Assembly: GCA_051362555.1 (NCBI GenBank)
Contig: CM120640.1
Span: forward strand, 53,484,788 to 53,548,787
Length of the DNA stretch: 64,000 bases
Direction: 5' to 3'
Origin: Lingula anatina
Taxonomy: Eukaryota; Animalia; Brachiopoda
Shown here: piece after piece, positions 19,403 through 30,781 of the stretch
Numbering within the stretch: position 1 is the first letter of the stretch
Layout of the letters: each line of letters opens with the position of its first letter
The notes under the pieces: model-generated
Database searches by the model: none
Seen by the model: the letters and a program-made list of their open reading frames with translations, nothing else
What the model was told of the DNA's origin: nothing
Translations under genes and position numbers: made by a program

Positions 19403-19908
19403 CGTGCAGTTACTGAACTGTCTTTTCTCCCTCCCATACACAAATTTTGGCACTTCCTTTGCCGCTGCACGAGTCTGCGCACCTTTACCGGAAGTTTACG
19501 GTGACAGGAAACATGTTTTTATTTGTTTATGCTAAAGACATATAATTTTGAGGGAAATCACATGAGATAATGAATTATTTTTAGAATACACATGAAAGGA
19601 GGCCTTGTAGTTGAAACTTTTAATACCTCTCGTTAGTCTGTCGTTTTACTTGGGTGGTCTCCTAGAGGAAGTGTATGGCTCTTCCGTCTATTACCCCCAA
19701 GCCATGAATATGACTTATATAAAATATTTGAAAATAAAGCAGAAAACTACTTTCTTAACAAAATGAACAATAACCGATTAAAAATATTGTAAAATGCTAT
19801 TTTCTGAAATAATGGGTGCATATTACTTAATTTGAAAATAAAACATGATCAATGTGTTTTCTTTGTAAGGGGAAAATGACACTTCTTTAAATAGCTTTAA
19901 ACAGCAAG
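19403..19908. promoter_or_regulatory. Putative bidirectional promoter between ACTR1 and SUFU
   Basis: Divergent ATGs at 19402(-) and 19909(+); ETS/GABP-type ACCGGAAGT at 19487-19495; YY1-like CAAGATGG over the SUFU start codon; CpGs retained locally. TSSs not determinable. Confidence 0.65.
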
Positions 19909-22900
19909 ATGGAGGAGAGAGGGGAGCAGTATTTCGCTCCAAACTTCGGTGGTATGGGTGTTCCTGTAACACCTGCAGGGCTAGAAGCGATTTATAATGC
20001 TTGTAGAAGACTGTATCCCGAACAGCCCAACCCTCTTCAAGTGACAGCGGTCGTCAAATATTGGTAAATATTATAAGTCGTTGCACGCTCGGCTGTCACC
20101 TTGATTGGATAGTAAACGATTGTCGTAAAATCGCTAAATGATATTAAAACCGGGTGCATAAACTTGAAAACCACCTACAACAACCTTGGACTACCACATT
20201 AATCCAATACAATGCAAAAATAAACTATAACAAGTGGTTAAAGCCTTCAAACCGAATGTCGTAAAGTCCCCATATACCTCCATAGAGACAATAAAATAGA
20301 ATAAGCTTCTGAAACAAGAAAAATCCAGTTCCAACATAATAATCGAAATAAAATACTGCCGGGCATCGGAGCGGCCTAAAACTTGGCACGCTTACCGCTA
20401 ATACTGCAGGCTACATCATCCCGTCGCTCGTTTGTAAATTCCGTGCATGGCATACGTACAAACAAACCGTAAAAAACAAATTCTCGGGGTGTCGTTGGCT
20501 AGGTCCACTCAACAATCCAATTCAGGAAATGACGTAACCGCAGAGGTCGCATTGTCCAATGGCATGGCTTCTTTTTCGTAATGGTAGGTTAGAGTGGACC
20601 TGGCCAACGACACCCCGAGAATTTGTTTTTTACGGTTTGATTGTGCGTATGCCATGCACGGAATTTACAAACGAGCGACGGGATGATGTAGCCTGCAGTA
20701 TTAGCGGTAAGCGTGCCAAGTTTTAGGCCGCTCCGATGCCCGGCAGTATTTTATTTCGATTATTATGTTGGAACTGGATTTTTCTTGTTTCAGAAGCTTA
20801 TTCTATTTTATTGTCTCTATGGAGGTATATGGGGACTTTACGACATTCGGTTTGAAGGCTTTAACCACTTGTTATAGTTTATTTTTGCATTGTATTGGAT
20901 TAATGTGGTAGTCCAAGGTTGTTGTAGGTGGTTTTCAAGTTTATGCACCCGGTTTTAATATCATTTAGCGATTTTACGACAATCGTTTACTATCCAATCA
21001 AGGTGACAGCCGAGCGTGAGTCGTTGCTATTTTTTAGCTTCACAGTCTCATGTTCAACCGACTCACAATGACTTTCATCTTGGTGATACGACTAAAGCGT
21101 ACACGTATTTTTTCATTTTGACTGAGTATATTTGTGTAAAGACCCCATTTATTCAATAGCAGGAAATTGACTTTAGTGTGTGGGGATTTTATTTCACAAA
21201 TCGTATTGTTTACCGTTCTTTGATAAAGTGGAAAACATTTATTTGAAAAATGTCAAATGACACTTCTTAGTTCGAATTCTGCTACTAATCTTATTTCTCT
21301 GTCGGATTTTGTCAAAGTTTTATTCATATCATATGAAATTTTGAGTTTTATTGAATACGTTAAAATCTTATTGGTGTAATAAAATAAATCACACCGTGAT
21401 CGAAAACATAATTTACTAAAATTACTTTTATTTCTTTTGAAAATGATTTCAGGAAGTCAAAGGAATTAAAATTTTAGTAAATCGAAAGCTTCATTATTAA
21501 GTGAGTTAATAAGTAAATAAACAGAAAAACATTTTTGTGAATTTTGTACATAATTGAAAGATTTCTCAAATGGCTGCTAATTGTTTTTTATATTTGAGCA
21601 AAAACCACTGTTTATTTCTTACTCGATAATTTTTTTAAAAAAATATTAATTATGGTAAACAAACTAATAAAATTAAGCTTACAAACATTATCTTTAAGAA
21701 ATGACGTCAACATGACAGTATTTTCATCCTAGCTAAATCCTATCTAGGATTTTCCCACCACATGAAACTTTCCAGATTTTTTTATCCTACTTACTATCAT
21801 TGCTGAAACAATCCCTACACTGAAATTTCATGTTTTATAACATTTGCAATTAAATAATTTAGTAATAAATTACTTGCCAGGCACTTAAACCAACATGTCT
21901 TCCTGTACATTTCAGAAAGAAATTTCTACATCTGGTACATTTATCATTTTTAGGAATTCGGAAAAATAATTTGTATTTCAGGATCTATAGATATAGAAAA
22001 TATGACTTTGGCTTCGTTCACATGGAATGTCTATTTTCTAAAAATCTATTTTCTATTCGCGCTATCTTATGATCACGGTCTGTGCCCTGAATATCCCGCC
22101 GCGTAATTACTGGCAGCGCGAGCCAGTTACTTATAGTAACTTATAGTAACTGGCTCGCGCTGCCAGTAATTACGCCGCGGGATATTCAGGGCACAGACCG
22201 TGATCATAAGACATACCGCGAATAGAAAATAGAATTTAGAAAATAGACATTGCATGTGAATGAAGCCTTTGGGACAATTTAAAATGCAGATATTATACCT
22301 GTTAAGGCTGACAGTGTGTGGATTTCTTTTAAATAGATAAGAGGATAGCCGCCATTGGCTCTGGCAATCTGTGATTTTTATAGCAGGAAAGCACAGGAAT
22401 TCCCATGTCCATTTAATCTTACGTTGACATATTGAATATTTATACTACACATGCATTTTTTTTAGTTCCACATTTTTTACTCAACGAGAAAAATGCATAT
22501 AAAATATGGGTAGTTTGAATTTAGGAGTGTGAAAACAAACACAGATCCAATGAGCCTGCAAGTTAAAGGCAAACCAGGAATTGTTTTCAGCTTCTGTCAT
22601 TAATTCTCAGTAAAATTAGAAGAGGTGAAAAAACAAACTAAAAACACCTGATAATCTCCCCTTGTTACATTGCTGCTACAATAAATTAAGAGCTGTATAT
22701 GGCATTACCAGTTTTTAAGGTTATCTGAATCTGAAAGTAGGTGACATCAAAGTTGAAAAATCTGTAAGCACAAGTGAAAATGAAATATTCATCAGAAGTG
22801 GAATTGTAACTTGGTTGTAAATTGTTCCAATCCTTTGCTTGCATATGTGTAAGTGAACAGAATGTTTATGTAACCATTAAATCAAAACAGACAGAGACAT

Positions 22901-24244
22901 TTGTGGAGGTCATGTATTGTACTTGGAGAAAAGGAATCTGGAGACAGATTTGAGAGAAATGTAGGTCAGACGTATTCACTTAACCTAGGAGTAACCCATG
23001 CATTTGTTTTCAGTGAGAGGAGGATGTAACTAAACACCAGGTTAGCCGTGTTTTGTGTTTTGCAGGTTGGGTGGTCCTGACCCGCTGGACTATATCAGTA
23101 TGTACGCCAACCCAGGGGACCCAGATAGGAATATTCCGCCACATTGGCACTATATTAGTTTTGGACTTTCAGATCTACATGGAGATGGACGTGTGCACCA
23201 GTAAGTTATACCATAGAACTTGAATACCCACTTCTTTGGGATAGCCCTATTATTTAGCCATTATTAGTTGTCTGAAACAGAACAACATAATTGCATAATT
23301 TAGAAATTCATAGTTTCATTTTGGATTTGTATATTGTTAGGGTTACAAGTAAACTCAAAAATTAACACTTTAGATTGAATACTTGTAAGAGTGAAAAGCC
23401 AACCAAATGTCATGGCATCATGTAATTTCAAATAGAATCCCTTAGAGAAATACCAAAAGACATCATTTCATATTACCTGAAAAATGATATTTGAACGGAT
23501 TTTTCTGCTGGTTTTCTGTGCTTTATATAAATAGGGCAGATAAGTAGGTCAGATTTACAACCCAAAAATTAAAGAAAGTTTAAATCTTCAGTTTAAAGCT
23601 CTTTCATGGTTGATAGAGTGATTAAATTTATCCCTTGGCATGTTGACTTTATTTGATTCATACAAGAAACTAGTACAAGTGGTTTATATGCCCTACTGAG
23701 AACCCATGCTCCACCAACACTCGGTTCAAATGTAACCTTTAATAATTTAGTTTCAGAAGAAAAAAAAAGATAATAAATTTTGGAGAGTTTTTAAAAGAAA
23801 AAATTGATGGAAAGTCTTTTTGAAAGGAAACTTTAAACATTGTTCCCTTTTTCTTTCTGGTTATCTTTTAAACACAATTGTATTTAAAACGTTTTTATTG
23901 TCACTATCCAAAACAGAAGCCTAAATACAATTATCCTTGCCAAAGTTCAAATTTTTAAGAAAAAGCAGCTTAACAGTTTACTACAAAAATTAGGCTTGGT
24001 ATTTTTCATCAAATTTTGTCATGTATTCAGAGGAGAACTCTGGGCACTGTGCTATTTTTGTTTTAGGTTCTATTGATCATATTAATCGTGATGTAATTAC
24101 AAGTTTGGTCAGTATGTCATTGGTAATACTGTGAACTTTACATATACATTTGAATATTATAACTTATGCTATCACCCTTCTCTAATTGTTATCGTAAATG
24201 TGCTAATAAATTGATCTGATGATTCACTGGTAACAACCTGACTA

Positions 24245-24310
<66 letters not shown>

Positions 24311-26466
24311 CTACATGCACATTTAATTCCTAGGAAAGCACTTCAGTAAGTGTGGCAAAGATAAGTAGAAACACTCTGAGTAGAAATTATCAGAATTGAT
24401 TATATTATTTCATATCAATGCCTCTTGCATAGCAGTCAAGATCTGGATATCTATGTCTGGCAAGCAGCTGTTAGAAAGTAGTTGTAAACTCTTAAATAAG
24501 TGTACAAGAAGGCAAGGAACTGCATACTTCTGGCAACATGGAGAGCACTATTGCCTTCTTAATTATTCAGCCAGCTTCACCTCAGGCTGATAGGAAGGTC
24601 AATAATTCACCTGTCTCTACTTTCCAGTTTGTTCTTAACTGAAAATAAAAAAAGTTAATTCCTCTTCAAAACGCTGTAGTTTTATACATAAATTGTTTAT
24701 TTCTTTATATAAATTTTCATTTGTGTGAAATATAATCAGACAACTTGGGTGTAAAAAGTTCAGTTGGAAAGATTTTATTGAATAAGATAATACTGTAATG
24801 CCTCCAATTTTCTATGAGCATGATAACTTTTTTTACAGGAACACTGGCCCTGAAAGTCCTAGTGGATTTGGGTTTGAATTAACACTAAGACTGAAACGTG
24901 AACAGGGAGAAACTGCACCTCCAACTTGGCCAGCTGCACTGCTACAGGCACTTGCAAGATACGTCTTTCAGTCAGGTTAGATCGGCTGTTTTTTATACCA
25001 GAACTGATATGAAACAGTTACAGCAGACATATGCTGTGTATGTACTGTATTAATAACTGCTCTTTTAGTGAATATTATGCTATACCAATTCATCATTTTT
25101 GCACACTCTATAGATTTAGGGGAGGGGGGTTGTTGACATTTAGAAATGGTAAACAGCATGGGTATGTTTTATACTTACAAATATCATCTTATCTGTTTGA
25201 TTTTTACAAGAAATAATTCTTTGCTGATGGCCTGAAATCAACCAATCTTTTTTTCAGAAAACACACTGTGTAGTGGAGACCATGTCTCATGGCATGCTCC
25301 ATTAGATAACAGTGACTCTCGTGTGCAGCATATGTTGATGACAGATGACCCCCAGCTACAGCCTATCACCACTCCTCATGGAATTGTGAACTTTGTCCAG
25401 GTTAGTGGGGTTTACTTTGAATTATGAAAATCTTAAGAAAAGAAATAGTGAGAAATACAACTGCAGAGAATGTTAAGCATTGTGACATAGCGTTTGAAGT
25501 GAAAAAAAAGAAGCAAATAAAAGCAGATTTATTCTTATGCAGACCATTGTCAATGTTTAAGCAACATGGGCAATATTTTGCCTAATAAAATTTTTAAGTG
25601 AAACAGTGATAAATTTTAAAGCATACATTTTTCATTTTCTGTAGCCCAATTTAATATCACTAGTCTTTAAACAAAATTTCATCTGCTTTAGTTAATTATG
25701 CTTTTTCTTGATTTATAATATCACTCAGTGAGACATTCTCTCTTGTCATTGCCTGCTGAAGTGCATCTGTTAAGTATTTTAAATATAAGTTTGATTGACG
25801 AAAATGTAACTTGTAGTCATATAAACCTATATGTAGTCAATCACAATAATTGCTTGTACATAAAAACATCTACTGTACCATAAAAGGCAACAAAAATAAA
25901 ATTGCAGTTAAAATAATATTCGTTAAACAGTTTCAAATTCTAAAAGCCTTTTTTTCAGATATACATGTTATAAATGTCTCATTGCATACTTTTCAAGGGA
26001 TTTGATGTGAAAAAAATCAGTAGATTCATATACACAGTCTGCAATATTAATTTGAAAGTAATTGATGATTTCTTTTCATATCAGATTGTTGGTTGTTGTT
26101 CTGAAGAGTTAAAGGCAGCACAGCATTGGAATGGAGCTGGCGTGATAGAACTTTTAAAAACTATACCAATGTAGGTCATGATTAATCTTATTGTTTCTTC
26201 TTTTTTTCCAATTTAAGAAGATATGTGATATAATAATATAAATATAAAGTACCTGATTATACCAGTAAGGTATCTTGTAAAACCGGTCTTATTTGGGTTT
26301 AACAAGGTAAGTAAAATACCACGTTCTAAAACATCTCTTAAACTGTTGTGATCGTTGATAAGGTATAATTCCTTATGTTGCAGTGCTGGTGGACCCTGGT
26401 TAATTACGGAAATGCGTAGAGGGGAAACAGTATTTGAAATTGATCCTACGCTCCAGGTGAATAAGC

Positions 26467-26524
<58 letters not shown>

Positions 26525-29088
26525 TGTTTTAATCGACAAATATTAAAAAGATGTTTCAAATACATCATTGAAGAGCATAAGTTATGATGTTAAGTAAATT
26601 ATAAAGCAGTTACATTTTTGGTGCTGTTGCAAAATAATTACAGTCATTTTTTTCATGACAATATATTGATAATAGCTATGATATATATATTTTATGTTAA
26701 TATATATTTATTTAAAGGATCGTGTTGACCAAGGTATTGAAAATGAAGGCTCCAACTTAAGTGGCGTGAGTGCCCGCTGTGCATGGGAGGAACCTAGTGA
26801 CATAGATAGACATGACAAAGTGAACGAGGAGGAAAATAAAGAAAACAGATTTATAGATGGTGATAGAAGAGGCAGCAGTGACATAGAGAGGCCACACATA
26901 TCTGCGTTTGGTGAGAATTTACTATTTTTTCACCAGTGTTCTTTTTTATGGACCGAAACTATGTTGGACATGTAGTAGACATGATTTTTTTCTTATTTAG
27001 ATTGGAAATTCCTTGTTTTTTTCTTTTGGTTTTTCTACATGAAGCCCCTGGGTGCCAGGTCATATGGCCATTGGGTAATATCTTCCTACTTTACAACCCC
27101 AAACCATGTCTGATATAAAATATCTTGTCTAATATAGCCACCACCTGCATGTATCATTGCCAATTCTGGAAGTATTGCTGAGCTCTCCCCTAGATTTTTT
27201 GCTTGTAAAGGCACTAAAAGGAAAACAGTTACTTATTATTTTCAAACATACAAAAATGATTATAATAACATGACCTTGATTTTTTTTTATTTAGAATTAT
27301 CATGTAACGGTTACATTTCCGAAAAAATTTAAAGCAAAGCTTTTTTGACTACTTATAGAAAAAAAGTAATGGCTATGCAGACCACTAAATTCACACATTC
27401 TGAAAAATCTACTGGTCCAAACAAAATTTTTATTGGCTGTGGGTGTTGCCGCAGACTGCATTATTGAAGGTATAATAATAACTTTTATCACTTATGTATT
27501 TCAAACATGTGAATTGATTTCAGAATCTGAACAAATCAAAGCCACATTGAAGAAAGGGCTGAACACAGCTCATCAAATCAAACAAGAGCCTGTAGATAAT
27601 GAATACTCACCTTCACACCAGCCAGATCAGTAAGTATTTAATGGTGTGTTCGGGTAGCTGAGACTTGTTTAAGTTTTTATTTCACCAAGTGGCATGAGTG
27701 GCCACTTAAATCTTTCAGTAAGTTAATGGTCACTGGTGCACAGTTAAGCATTTGATTGAATGGACAATTTTGTATCGAGCTGTGTCAGATTGCTTTCCTA
27801 TGAATTTTTGATAAAAAAAGGCTGCATTGTCTTTTCAGGTGTACTTTTACACCAAACATTTATCTGAAAACAAAGCATCAATATATATATAATTTTTTTT
27901 TTGCCAAATCTCATTTTTACAATCAATTTTCAATCTATTAGTAATTTATCAATTACTAAATAATGGTTTTTTTTTCTTTGTAAATGGTAAGAACTAAAGA
28001 AATTTAGATTTAGTTGGAAAATTGCAGTTGCAGTCTTTAATATTTGATGTTCAACTTTCAATCATTATTTGCCTGGCAGACAAACTGGTGGATCTAGAAA
28101 GGAGTCATTTGATAGTAATGTAAGCAGTGAGGGGCCATCTGAACTGTGCAGAACAAGAACATTGGATGCTGTGCATCTGAAGTTTAATGTGGAGGCTGGC
28201 TCTCTACTTCCCCTGGCTTTGAGGTATATTGTAATGACTGTTTATAACATAACATGTAATTATTATGCAAAACTGTGTATTTTTTTCCAACTTTGGAGCA
28301 AGTTTTTTTTTTTTTGTTTGTGTGTGTGTGTGTGTGTAACATGCATAATTATTTGTTTATACGAACTTGAAAAATAAAAGAGAGAATAATCATTGGTTGG
28401 AAAGGGCAAATTCATGATTTTCTTTGCTATTTTTGGTCCTTGCCCTATTTTTTCTCATCTGAATTAGACCATTACACAAGCCACACCTTGTTTTTCTAGG
28501 GGAAGATTAAAGCATGGTCGCCACTTCACATTTAAAAGTGCATTAAATGATGTTGCCATCACTCTGGTATCTTCAAGTGTATTAGGTGCAATAGTAGACG
28601 AGGAACATCCATATGGGGCTCATGGACCATGGCTGCAGGTAAGGATGAAACCATCTTATTGTTGATAGATATTTTGCAGAAAATTTTCATTCACTGTGCA
28701 TATGTGAGCAGTGCATTTTGTGGGTTTCTGATAGTTAAGATCATGATGACTTAAAGAAAATATTCAATTGTTCTCTTGTAGGTGTTGTTTACTGATGATT
28801 TTGTGGAGAGACTGTTAGTCCAGATGGAAGAATTATCAACACCCGAAAATGTAAGAAAATGTTTTTAAAAATTACAGAGTAATGAAAGTTGGGTATATCA
28901 GGTATATTTTACAAAAATTATCATGATTTTACTCAGAACATGTTACCCCGAGATGAAATCTTAAAGATATCGTGCATATTTCCTATTTTGATTTGTTACA
29001 GATTCATCCTCCCAAAGTTTATTCTTGGCCAGAAAAAAGGCTGTGTATCACAATCATACCAGATGATCTGCCAGAAGGCCAAAGTTGA
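19909..29088 (+). CDS. SUFU: Suppressor of fused homolog (Hedgehog/GLI regulator), ~488 aa
   Basis: 12 exons: 19909-20063, 23066-23200, 24839-24975, 25258-25400, 26085-26170, 26384-26456, 26718-26910, 27524-27629, 28080-28223, 28500-28638, 28782-28850, 29002-29088; sum 1467 nt. YPEQPNPLQVTAVVKYWLGGPDPLDYISMY, SGFGFELTLRLKRE, EGSNLSGVSA, GRLKHGRHFTFK. Confidence 0.97.
20084..21018. mobile_element. Foldback / long-TIR non-autonomous DNA transposon (935 bp) in SUFU intron 1
   Basis: Inverted arms 20084-20510 and 20592-21018 (427 bp, about 3 mismatches seen), 81-bp spacer, perfect 8-bp TSD AGTCGTTG at 20076-20083 and 21019-21026. Confidence 0.92.
22010..22267. mobile_element. Palindromic MITE (~258 bp), possibly PIF/Harbinger-derived, in SUFU intron 1
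   Basis: Whole element is an imperfect hairpin (GGCTTCGTTCACATG...CATGTGAATGAAGCC), flanked by TTT on both sides; centre has a duplicated TTATAGTAAC. Superfamily is inference. Confidence 0.8.
24248..24309. repeat. (TA)n microsatellite in SUFU intron 2
   Basis: Direct reading. Confidence 0.95.
26470..26520. repeat. (AG)n microsatellite in SUFU intron 6
   Basis: Direct reading. Confidence 0.95.
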
Positions 29089-30449
29089 AGCTCATCATAT
29101 CATGTCTGTACATGTTGTATGTGTACTGTATGTACAATATGTGGCTTGTGGAAAAGTTGGAAGTCAACCAGGATGGTGCTTCAATTGTATGGGGATTTGA
29201 TGTTGTTCATCTGCTCTTTTTAAGCCCCGATTAAGATGCATTGGGAGAAGTTTCAAGAAAACTTTTTAAGTTGAATGTAAAATTCATGCAAAGAGAAAAC
29301 TGGCATGAACTGTTCGCATTTGATGGCTTTGTCTTTATTTGTTCATTTGAAAAGGAATATAATGGGCGATTTTAATGTTAGAATACATTTTGTGCTTTGG
29401 AAAAGCATTTTACTTTGAAATTCATTTTTTTCTACTTTTGGTATAGATCTCCATATATTACTATTTATCAATATATTTTAAATGAGCTGTATATTTTTTC
29501 TATGTAGAATTTCTCAAGACATTTTACTTAAATTGCTAGAAGTAAAGAGAAACAAAATTTGCTTAAGAGGCCAAACATTTTACCATGACATTTTATATAC
29601 ACTTCATTTGTTCATTTCTCACATCTCCAAATGAATTTTTGAGAGTCACTCATATATGCAATAAACTTGTGTAATTCGTACTTGTGTTTTGTTATTAGAA
29701 AATTGACAGGAAAGGATGATATTATAATGATCAGTTGTTAGAAGTCTTTTTTAAATTCTCAAAAGTGGACTTATGTTCTGCACAAAAAACGTGTGATGTT
29801 TTCTTTCCATAAAACCGATTTTATAAGTGTCTTTTGGTATGTTTGTCCTGTTTTCACCACCAATTTTAGATGCTTTAATATTGAAAATGGACCAGATTGA
29901 GATTATAAAACAAAGCTTTTTAAACACAAGCGTAAGGGCTTGCAGCTGTCTTCGTCAGTCTGATGTGAGAGGCCACTGCCAGGTGGGTTATTTACAAGCC
30001 CGGTAGTCTGTAATTCGTGTAGTTGACCAAAATATTATTGGGTGCACCATGTAAAGAGTAAATTGTTTTTAATGAAACTAGTGGTACTGAGAACAATATC
30101 CACCTGGACTTCTGAAGCACTGTCTTAAAGATAAAAAACCATGCCTTTAATAAAGATAAAGGGTTGATGTACATCAAAAATCCAAAGGGCCAAACAAAAT
30201 ACATCAATAACATTTGCATATTTTCTATGTACACAAATTATACATCTTCCGATGCAAAAGATAAAGAGCAGTAAATATGGAAAGGCAAACTAAAGTCAGT
30301 ATGTTCTTGTACACTTTCACCGTTCAACAACATGATATTTTTTAATTCGATCATCATATATCTTTACAGTAATTTTTTTCAGTGCTTTAAAATGATTGTA
30401 ATATGTGCATTTTCTTCCAATATTATTTACATGGTTTATTACAATATTT

Positions 30450-30662
30450 AACTCCACCAGTAAAGGAGGTTATGTTGATTAAAGTGTTTGTTTACTTACT
30501 AGGAAAAGTGGACAAGATATCTTAAACATAGAACTTTGGAAATTTTAATGAAATTTAATAAGAATGGCAGTTATTCACAGGAGGGAAAGAATTAACATTT
30601 TAAACTGAACCATTGTCTTTTGTCATAGACAGAGGTCTGTGCTCTTTGTCCTATACCATCTC
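30450..30662 (+). mobile_element. Degenerate copy of the short HINE family
   Basis: TAACTCCACCAGTAAAGGAGGTTATGTT start, GTTT repeats and CAGAGGTCTGTGCTCT end resemble the reverse complement of 3725-3982. Confidence 0.45.
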
Positions 30663-30781
30663 TTATCTAAAATACACTGTTTGATGATTTTTGGACTGAC
30701 AGACTATGTATAAATGGACTTGACTCTACCTTACAAAAAAAAAAATTTAAATTCAATGTTGCTGGTTTGAAAGCCTAGACC

